From assembly GCF_018350175.1 (NCBI RefSeq), contig NC_058372.1:30876001-30940000 (forward strand): a DNA stretch of 64,000 bases, read 5' to 3'. The translations under genes and the position numbers were made by a program. The DNA comes from Felis catus (taxonomy: Eukaryota). Positions 39,195 through 52,472 of the stretch are shown piece by piece. How positions within the stretch are numbered: position 1 is the stretch's first letter; each line of letters starts with the position of its first letter. The notes beneath the pieces are model-generated. The model was not told the origin of the DNA. It made no database searches and saw only the letters and a list, made by a program, of their open reading frames with translations.

Positions 39195-41948
39195 TCAAGG
39201 CCCTGCTGCACTGCCCTCAGCTGCCTCAGGCTCCCCTGACTGATTCAGCTCTTCGCGCTCCTCCTCCTCCTCCTCCTCCTGGTTTTCTGGGGCCTTCCTG
39301 AGGAGGAAGATGGGGGAGAATACTGCACATGGTTCCCAGCACTCCATCATTGCTCCCCCTTACCTCCCTTCTTGCTGCCTGGAAGTCTCAAGTCTGAGGT
39401 CTCTGGCTTTCTCCACTTACCTCTCCTCTCCTTGGCGTCGCTGTCTTTGCCATATGATGGCCCCAATGAGCAGGGCAGCTATCCCCAGGCCTCCCAGGAT
39501 CCCCAGGGCTAGGGCTACAGTTCCCAGCCCCTGCCCTTCCAAAGGACCTGTAGAGAGATGCAGAGAAGTGAGGGCCTGGCCCCTCCCACTCACCATTCCT
39601 TTCTTGTCAACCATCCCCCCGACCATCCCCCAGTCACTTTGGCCTTTGGGAAAGCCTCACCTGCAGTTGGCCCCTCCTCTGTTTCTGAAAGACAAAGTCA
39701 GAACAAGTTAGAAGGGAAGGTCTCAATGTGAGAGAAAGTAGGCTATTTAGTGGGAGCCCCAGTGGAGTCTTTCTTCAGTTCAGAGGAGAGAGGGGACAGG
39801 CTGTCTTGGTATGGCTTGGGTGGGGCAGAGGAGGCCTGGGTATGGGTACATGGAGGGGACAGTGCCAGGATGGAGTAGGGAATTCGAGTCTGCACCATCC
39901 TTTAGCCCAGCCCCAGAGTTCCTGGGATTTGGAGAGAGGTCTCCTCACCGATGATGTGGACACTGACAGCACGGCTTTCCTGGGGCCCATGGCTGGGATG
40001 GGTGGCTACACAGCTGTAGGTTCCCTGGTCCTGAGGTCTTACCTCAGAGAGGAGCAACACAGGGTTGGGGGTAAGGGGCAGGGGCACGCCCTGTGGGGAG
40101 AAGGGGGATAGGAGACTATTACAACGTGTAATACGTTTCCACACGTCCCATACTCCTATCTTTGTCTCCATATCTTCCGATATTCTGTCGTCTTCCCCAG
40201 GTCCTTGCCTGCCTCTCTATGAGCCTCCTGTCCTCCTAGTTGCCAGTGATGTGTCTGTCTACTTCCCAGCCCCCTCTCCAGGTCACTCACGTCCTTGATC
40301 CAGTGGATTTGAAGGGAGGACTGGGCAGGGGTTTCACAGGTCAGGGTCACGGTACCACCAGGAGCTACTGTTCCACCTTCTGGCTCTACCACCAATTGGA
40401 CCTCCAGAGGCACAGGCTCTGGGGGTGGGGGCATGAGGTTGAGAGTTACACCTATGGGTGGTCCCTGTGGCCATGGACTTCACTCTTCCCTCCTTGAGGG
40501 CCAAACTTTCAGGCCCTCCCCACCTCCACTCACCCCAGACGCTGAGCTGGATGGGGGCCGTGTGTAGGGCTCGGCGCCGGGGAAGGCCAGGACTGAAGCT
40601 ACAGGAGAAAGTGGGATGGGGAGCTCCTCCCCGGGCTGGGGTCACCATCAGTTCTGACTGGAGTGTGAAAAGCCCTGTTTCAGGGTGTCTCCTGGTCTCT
40701 TCCTGCACGGACACTCCTATGGTGGGGAGGAGAAGGGAGGACAAGGCAAGACCTCCCAGGGTGGATATGGGAGGGTCAGAAAGAAGGCAGCAGGAGGGCG
40801 AACTTTGGGACTTACCTTTGCCATCAGGTATGAGGGGTTTCCCATCCAAGTGCCAGTTAAGAGTTCCGGCAGGGTAGCCCCCCTTGGACAAACATGTCCC
40901 CACCTGGGGAGAGAGTAACCATCATCTTTGAAAATAAGAGACTACACACACATGCGCACACAAACGCATACACCTACACGGACACGGCTTACACCCCCTT
41001 CCTCTTCTCAGGACTGCTTTCTACTTCTCCCCTTTTCTTCCACTACCTTATTGGGGACACCAGCCATGAGTTCAGAGGCAGGATCCACGATTTCTGGCTT
41101 CCCAGGAATCTCTGAAGGAGGGAAAATTTCAATCAGAGGCTGCAGCTCTGAAGACTCATACCCCAGGTGCGGGAACTGGGGCATCTGAAGTCACAGGTTC
41201 TCACACACCAGGGCCAAGGAGTCAAGGGCTGGGGTTGAAGACTTTTCCTTAGATGAAAGGTGGGCCATGGAGAAGGCCCTGAACTCTTACGGTAGACTCG
41301 GACTTGGTAGGTTGACCTCGTCTCCTTTCCATTCCTGCTTTTTGCCCGGCACCGGAAAGTCCCCTCATCCTGGATCCCTACTGCCGGCAGGAGGAGGGAG
41401 CCATTGGGGAGCACTCGAGCTACACTATCCCAGGGGCCTCCCTGGGGAGACAGGACCTTCCAAGCTTCTGTTCGGCCTGTGTTCTGGGGACAGAGGAGAG
41501 AGGCCTGAGCAGGGCAGGTCCTTTGGGAAAGGACTCCTGAGGCAGGGAGGTGGGGATACAAATCATCACTGGTCTCTCTGGAAGTGGGGAAGCTGTGACA
41601 GGAGCCCTGCTTACCAGTTTCCATTCCAACTGCTGGGGTGGTTTCTTGGGGGCCCCCCTACAGTTCAGCACCAGTGGCTTCCCAATCCGGGCTGTGATGT
41701 TTCGGTCGCCTACTACTGCCCCTGGGAGACAGTACAATGGTGGAAGGGCAGGAAGGAAATGGGGGCTAATAAAACTAGGACAAGGTGGGTGAGGGAGCTT
41801 GAAGAGCAGTGCCCAGGTTCCAGGAAAGTTCTGGGCAGATTTGGGGAGGACAGAGTGCTTTCTGCAGGGAGGATTGGTGTGAGGGGAGTGGCTCACCCCA
41901 CAGACTGAAGACCAGCACCCAGGCTCCAGCTGCTGCCCCTGCTGCCAT
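39195..41948 (-). CDS. AGER: Receptor for advanced glycation end products (RAGE), 403 aa
   Basis: 11 exons: 41897-41948, 41615-41721, 41291-41483, 41047-41111, 40816-40903, 40534-40716, 40291-40418, 39949-40090, 39661-39684, 39421-39547, 39195-39297 (1212 nt). NITARIGKPLVLNCRGAPKKPPQQLEWK, V-C1-C2 Ig domains, TM segment LALGILGGLG, acidic tail. Confidence 0.97.
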
Positions 41949-42527
41949 CCTGCTTCCTTCCCAGGCTCCTTGCTCTGTCTGCCCCTCACTGCTGTGGCCA
42001 CCGCCCTAGGTGGGGCTTGCACCTTCTCCCCTACCCCCATCTTCCCGTCCTGTCCCGTCACAGGGAATGCTAGGAATTCATGCTTCTTGGACAAGAGTAC
42101 TTCAGATACTAGGAGAAAGTTATCACCCCACCCTTAGGCACTGCCAGTCTCTGGGCCCAGCCATATCCATGGGGGTGGGGAGTGTACCTCCTAGGGTCTC
42201 TTCTCACTCAGGACCCCCAACCCATCCCGTCAGTCCACGGAGGGCTTGCCTGGTAGACAACTGGAGACCACTGAGGGCTTGCCTGGTAAGACAATGGGAG
42301 CCCCATATGGCTTAGGCAAGGTTGCTAGGCAACAGGGTTCAGGCCAGGCTTTTTCCCTTGAGGAGGGGGTGAGGGTGAACCCTGGGGCCTGGGTGGTGAG
42401 GGCAAGGCTGGGGGAACTTGGGAAAAACACCTGTTTGGGGCTTTATGAGAAAAAGATTTTTTTTTTCTGGGGTTTTTCATGTTTTTGAAAATAATTCTCA
42501 ACTAAACCCAGGGAAAAAAGAAAATTC

Positions 42528-42533
42528 TTTATT
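42528..42533 (-). terminator. Distal PBX2 poly(A) signal
   Basis: tttatt on +, at the end of a long U-rich 3' UTR. Confidence 0.55.
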
Positions 42534-42549
42534 TAAAACTGTGTGTGTA

Positions 42550-42581
<32 letters not shown>

Positions 42582-44145
42582 TATGTGTTTTCTTTTTTCC
42601 TGTGAAACTACAAGTTTACAAGTGAGGAGAGAACTGCCCCCAGCCCGTGCCTCCCACCCACCACCCATCACCCATCTAACCTGCTCCCCTTCAGTCCTGC
42701 CTGGATCTTTGACAGAAGAGGTTCCCCACTAGGACAGTCTCGTAAAATCCTGAGGATGTTTGAGGGGTTCAGATGGTAAGAGTTCTGGCCAAGGATGGGA
42801 CATTGGTGATTTTACTTTCCCACATACCTGGCTTTTTGCAACCTCCCTCCTCTCTCTCCCCACCCTCCTGATTTTGGACTGAGAATAAAAGATGCCACAT
42901 TTCTGGGGAAATGGAGGGAGATAACATAACACAAGCACCCAACCCACATTAACATATTTGGCAATAAGCCCCTCCCCATTCTTCCCCCTCCAATCTGCAA
43001 ATAGTAGTTAAAAAAAAAAAAAAAAAAGATTTAAAGACGTGTCAGTCACAGGGAAAGGTGGCATTTCCTCAAAGTTACTGAGTCCAGCCCTGCCCAAGGA
43101 TTAAGGGAAGTGGGGGGTGGGGACAGGTCAGCAGAGCAAGCCCCTGACTATCTCCACAGCAAATGCAGCAAAGAGCTGCCTGCATAAGCAAAGAACATCC
43201 AACTAAGTGATTTTAGGGGTGCAGGCTTGGTGCCCTGCTAAATGTACTTTCTGGTGGACAGGACTGGAGCCAGCTGGGCCTCTTTACAAGTTCTATATGT
43301 TCCCCTTTCTCTTATCATGACCCCTTTGGCTATCACCCCTAACATGGGAAAGCAAGAAATTAAAAAAAAAAAAAAAAAGTCAATATATTTATAAAAACAT
43401 CTACTTCCCCAAACTAAAAATTAAGAACCAATAACAGCAACAAAAATTTTTCATACAGATGGATCCCAGGGTTTTGTTTCTTTCCTTAACAAAACAAAAC
43501 AACAACAAAAATTCAACCCCANNNNNNNNNNNNNNNNNNNNNNNNNNNNNNNNNNNNNNNNNNNNNNNNNNNNNNNNNNNNNNNNNNNNNNNNNNNNNNN
43601 NNNNNNNNNNNNNNNNNNNNNNNNNNNNNNNNNNNNNNNNNNNNNNNNNNNNNGGGGCAGGGGGTGGGGAGGCACAGGGTTCACGGCCCATGTCCTCTGT
43701 CCAGAAGGTGTGTCCCCAGTTTTGGCATCTCTGGTTGGGCAGGGCTGGCTTCTCCACAGATCCCAGAGCAGATAAGTGGGGTGGGGGAGCCCAGAGAAAA
43801 GAGAGAAATGGAATATAGTACAGGGTGGAGGGGGATGGAAAGACAGCAGAGGGAAAGGGATCTGAACAATAGGATTCTGGGTTTTGTGACAGAAAGGAAG
43901 AGAAAGGCTGAAAAAAAAGTTAAAAAGAGGGAGACAGACCCCACTCTCCCCTTAGGGGAGCCCATTCTCCCTGCCACGTAGTCAGCACCCCCAGCACTGA
44001 GAGAGTCTGGTTGGGGAAGGGATGACCCCATTTGCCCTTCTCTGTCTTGTGCTTCTCCTGTGTCTGGGGTTTGTCCTCTGGATGCCTGTGTCTTCTTCAA
44101 GAGTCGCCTTGTGAGCCCCCACCCCTGTGGCCCTGAGGGGCAAGA

Positions 44146-47632
<3,487 letters not shown>

Positions 47633-48473
47633 AGTTGGGGGGGGGCCCTGAGGCCCCCTCCCTGCTCCGCCCCTCCCCCCGCCTGGTTACTTCCCCCCCC
47701 CACAAACTCGGTGGGGCCGCTGCTCCCTCCGCCCCAACCCCCGCCCGTCTCCCCCCTCCCGGCTCTCCCGGAGGTTCACCCCGGCCCTGANNNNNNNNNN
47801 NNNNNNNNNNNNNNNNNNNNNNNNNNNNNNNNNNNNNNNNNNNNNNNNNNNNNNNNNNNNNNNNNNNNNNNNNNNNNNNNNNNNNNNNNNNNNNNNNNNN
47901 NNNNNNNNNNNNNNNNNNNNNNNNNNNNNNNNNNNNNNNNAGGGAGGGAAGCGGGGGGGGGGAGGGGAGCGGGAGAGGAAGAGGAGGGGAGAAGAGAGGA
48001 GGAACAGGGAGGAGCTGGGGGCGGAGAAAGACACATAGAAACAGAGGAACTAGCATCGAGTGGAGGAGGGGAGAGGGAAGAGGGGACGAGGGGAGGAGAC
48101 TAGACCTTGGTGGGGGGGGGGGATATGCTTAGGCCAGGGGGCTGGGCTTCGGTGGCCTCGGAAGGGCGGGGTGGGGGTGGGAGGCGTATTGGGGCTCAGG
48201 GGACGCAACTTGGGTTCTGAATTAGGGAATCTAGGTGTTGTGGACTCCGGCCCCTAGAATCCCTGGGTTCACAGACAGCTCAGTTCATATTTCTTCTCCT
48301 AATGACTCCCCTCCCTGTTCTACTTAATTAAAACCAGGAAGGGGGGGGCTGGGGGGGTATAATTAGGGAGGTCTCCAACCGCTGCTTAATGAGCCAGTAA
48401 TTAACCAGCCAGGGAGGGGAGCTGGCCTCTCGCCAAAGTAGGGAAAGAGGCGGCCTCTTGGCCTCACCTTCCT

Positions 48474-48476
<3 letters not shown>

Positions 48477-48517
<41 letters not shown>
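48477..48517. repeat. C41 homopolymer
   Basis: Seen directly. Confidence 0.9.
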
Positions 48518-48518
<1 letters not shown>

Positions 48519-48566
48519 CCTCGCAGCCCCAAACACCAGTCTTCGTCAGTCCAGAGGAGAATTACA

Positions 48567-48572
48567 TTTATT
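48567..48572 (-). terminator. GPSM3 poly(A) signal
   Basis: tttatt on +, about 580 nt past the stop. Confidence 0.7.
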
Positions 48573-49151
48573 CATACAACCAAAACATCGGACTCGAGCA
48601 GCAGTGGGGAGGGAGGGTGGGCAGTGCTAAGTGTCCATTCACAGCCTGTAGGCCCCTCAGTCCTGGGGTGGGAGTGTTGGTGGTGGGGTGGGCGAATGGT
48701 CTTACCTTTTTGTAATGCCCTCTCTCCCTTCTTACTGGGAAGGAGGGTGGAACTGTCTCTCAGGCCCTAACTTTGGGAGATTTGCCTTCTCTTGGGAGAT
48801 GGAGGCCTGAGCCCTCAGATCCTGCCTAGTGGCTAGACTACTGGGGGTATCCCCACAGCTCAGGACCAAGACTTCCAGCCACTCCTTGGGATGGGGGGGG
48901 GGTGGTTCCTCAGTGGCTGGGATCTTCTCACTGCTTCAAGCTCCCATGTACTGGGGGAGGGAGTTAAATGACCAGCCTACCCCCAGGACTTTCACCTCCT
49001 CTGTTCCTCGGGAAGGTGGATGAGGATGATGGATATTGAGATTTCTCCTGGGTCTTCCAGTCTCTGGTGTCCCTGCCAAGCAGGGGTTGAGGGCATGCTG
49101 CCCAGCTTTGAGCCCCAGGAGTGTGGAGGGGCTGGTGGAGGGGCTCACGTC

Positions 49152-50268
49152 TCAGCAGGTATGTGTGGGGGGCCGGGACCTTTGCTCCTCCATTCGACCT
49201 CCACCCTGAACTCTCAGCAGCAACTCCAGGAGCTCCTGTCCCCCTGGGGGTAGGGGAGGCTCTGACCGCTGGGCTTCCATCCGCTGGCACTAGAGGAGTG
49301 GAGGGAAGGGAGTGTTGGTGAGATTTTAAGAGGGGCAGGCCTTGCAAGGAGCCAAGGCTGGTGAGAGGGGTATGTAGGATACCTGTGATGGGGATGGAGG
49401 GACCGGGGCCTGGCCAGGGGGTAGATGGTGGGGAGGAGGGGTAGGGCCCAAAAGAGAACAAAGGCCAAGAGACCAGAAAGCCTGGGTCTTGCCTTCTGGG
49501 GAGGTGTCTCACCTGGTGACTGAGGATAGTGCTGTAGAGCTGTTCTCTGTCCTCAAGAGGCCGAAGTGGGGCTGGGGCTATGCTTGGGGGGTTCTGGGGG
49601 ATGTGGAAGGTGGCTCTTTGCTCCTCTAGGCGGCGGGACTGGGCCTCAGCCACCAAATCCAGAAGGAGCTCAGTCTGCAGGGAGAGCAGGGAGGCCGAGC
49701 GGGGCCCCAGGGCTGGGGAGAGGAGGGGTAGGGCTCAGAGACCCAGAGAAGTTGGCAGACAGGAGGGGTGGTGGTGCTAGATGACTTGGAGTGAGAGCTG
49801 AGGGGGTGCAATGAGGAATCAGGAGGAGGTGGGGAGAGGGACTTGGTAATGGGATCAGGAAGGATGTGGGCACCAAGGTGAGGGAGCTCCCTGGGCGAGT
49901 GAGGGTACCTGTGTGGTGGGTCCCTGGAGGAGGAGGGGACGGAGGAGCAGATCGCCAAGGCCGAGTGGTGGTGTTCACAGGGGGCCAGCCATGCTCATCC
50001 TGATGGGGGCCCTGATGCTGGGAGACATCCGGTCCAATCAAGTGGGGGTGTGGTGGGCAGGGGGCTAGGCTGACAGCCCATTTCCTCTTTCTGTGTCTCT
50101 GTTCCTGCCTCAGTTTGCCCAAGCCCTTCCAAGTCCCCCGAGTCCCCTTTCACTGTGTCCCTGCCCCACATCCTCTTACCTCCCTCTCTCCCAGTGTCAG
50201 CCTCCCCAGCCCAGTGCGCAGCTCACCTGGTCACCATTCTCTTCTTCCTGGGGTCTCTCGGCCTCCAT
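49152..50268 (-). CDS. GPSM3: G-protein signaling modulator 3 (AGS4/G18), 160 aa
   Basis: Exons 50227-50268, 49909-50011, 49513-49712, 49152-49289 (483 nt). Three GoLoco-type motifs ending LEEQR, MEAQR, MEEQR. Confidence 0.96.
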
Positions 50269-51719
50269 CCCCTGGAGGGGAGAAATTGATGGGGGTGGGG
50301 TAGCTGGAATTTGGGAGGAGGGCTGNNNNNNNNNNNNNNNNNNNNNNNNNNNNNNNNNNNNNNNNNNNNNNNNNNNNNNNNNNNNNNNNNNNNNNNNNNN
50401 NNNNNNNNNNNNNNNNNNNNNNNNNNNNNNNNNNNNNNNNNNNNNNNNNNNNNNNNNNNNNNNNNNNNNNNNNTCCCACCCAAACTACTTGCTCGACCTC
50501 TCTCGCCCCAGGGGAGCACAGAGACTGGGAAAAGCGTCTCCAGCTGCAGTAGTGGAGGGGGTTTATCATAGAGAATGACTCTTGGCCTTCACATCTCCAG
50601 AGGTTCAGTAGTCCCTCAACCCTAGGCTCTGTTCTTTCCACTCCCCTCCTCCCCTTCAGCTCTTTCTGTCAACACAGGAACTAGCTACACAGGAAGTGGT
50701 TTTACTCCTCAGAACCCCCCCCCCCCGCCCACTCCCCCAGGTCCCCTTCCTAAGAGGACCCTGATGTAGGCTTTGTCCCTCTTCTGTGTCCCAGCTTCCC
50801 ACAGACTTATGGGGACTGGGAGGGGCATGGTTCCAGTGGGAAGCAAAGTACTCAGACCCAGGGATGTTGGGCCCTCAAACATGTACATATACCCCTAGCA
50901 GTGGCTCCAACACACAGTAAGTATTCAATAAATATGTGTTGGATAGTTATCCCTGCCCTCTAGGTGCTTATAGTCTATTCAGGGGACAAGATATGTACCA
51001 AATGTGAGACAAGGGGCAGGGGAAACTTTCCTCTGGTTATGAATGAAGGGTATAGAAATGGAAAAGGGAGATGACCTTCTCCCTGGCTTGGTCTCAATAC
51101 TGGTCAGGCACGCTGGCACCAGGGTGGGAACAGGATAGAGATATTTGGAACCTCTAAATGGCAACCTGCCATATTATGAAGTTTACAGGTGAGTGACTTG
51201 GAGCATGAAGTCAACTCTAGTGATCAAGAGATCTAGAGATCAAGAGATCTACCACTTAATGCCTTGCAATCTTGGGCAAATAAAATCTCTGTGCCTCAGT
51301 TTCTCAAAGAGTAAAATGGAGCTTTAATAGCGCCTACCTTATAGAATTGATGTGAGGATTAATTGCGATAATTTGGCATATAGTGAATGCTCAATAAATG
51401 GTAGTTACTATTAGCTTTCAAAATGCCTCATGCCTCCATGTCTCAGGCCCATCACCATTAAAGAGGTGTAACCGTGTTTCTGAAAGGTGTATGTTTGAGA
51501 TGCTCTCTCCATCTGCCTTAACTTGAGGCCTTAGGAATCTCCTAAGTGCTCATAACTAAATGCCCTTTGAAGAGGATAAAGGGTATATATAGTTATGTGT
51601 GGTTTCTCCCTGGGCTACTAGAGACTTACTTTCAGGTGATACTCTAAAATAACAACAGTATCCCGCAAATCTTATTCTCACTCTTGAACTGTACTCAAAG
51701 CCTCCATCCAAAGAGATGA

Positions 51720-51831
51720 CTTTTTTTTTTTTTTTTTTCCTACGTAGGCTTCACACCCAGCGCAGGGCTCTGAACTCATGACCCTGTGATCAAGTCAGAT
51801 GCTTAACCAACTGAACCACCCAGGTGGCCCC
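51720..51831 (-). mobile_element. Short, internally deleted CAN-SINE
   Basis: Poly-T, tgaactcatgaccctgtgatcaagtcagatgcttaaccaactgaaccacccagg; flanks aaagagatgac / aaagggatgcc. Confidence 0.75.
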
Positions 51832-51954
51832 TAAAGGGATGCCTTTGTTCTTAGAGCACAAAATTCTGAAGACTCTTTGCAGCCATTCCCATGAGTGGCA
51901 TTTTTTCCCATTCCACTCAACTCTTCCAAAAAAAGGTTAACACTTCAAATAAGC

Positions 51955-51960
51955 TTTATT
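51955..51960 (-). terminator. NOTCH4 poly(A) signal
   Basis: tttatt on +, about 510 nt past the stop. Confidence 0.7.
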
Positions 51961-52472
51961 ATGGGATGACAGATTTGAGGTTCTTAAATAGATAGTGGTG
52001 GCGAGAAGAATGACGCTTCATCCCTGGGATGGTTTGTTGAGGAGGGAAGTGGGTAAAGTGCAAGGAGTCATCAGCTGGAGTGGCCCTTGGCTCACACACT
52101 TCAGCACCTACACAGTGCCTGGCACATAGTAGGTACTCTGTAAATATTTGTCAGCTATTTGTGGATGACAGAGGTTTCCTTTGGATACCGTATACAGGAA
52201 AGAACTTACATCCTTTACGTTTGTAGTAATTGGTTCCACTCCACCCTTCTGTAGCTCCTCACCCTTATTTTCTGGGAGAAGGGCTGGGCCCTCTTCATTC
52301 AGGGCTGCAGCTTCTCCACGTGTAAGACGAGGAGGAGTGGGCATAGTCACTTTGGGAGGGACACAATACTCTTGACTCCTCACTTCTGGGGATCCAGGAT
52401 CTTAAAATCTGGAGTGTTTCCAGGCTGTCCTATAATGGGTGCTCATTTTTAGAATCCCTGTCATGTAGCGTC

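Noticed and set aside
51222-51251. gatcaagagatcta tandem duplication
   Set aside because: Small slippage event at the edge of a MIR with no functional evidence.
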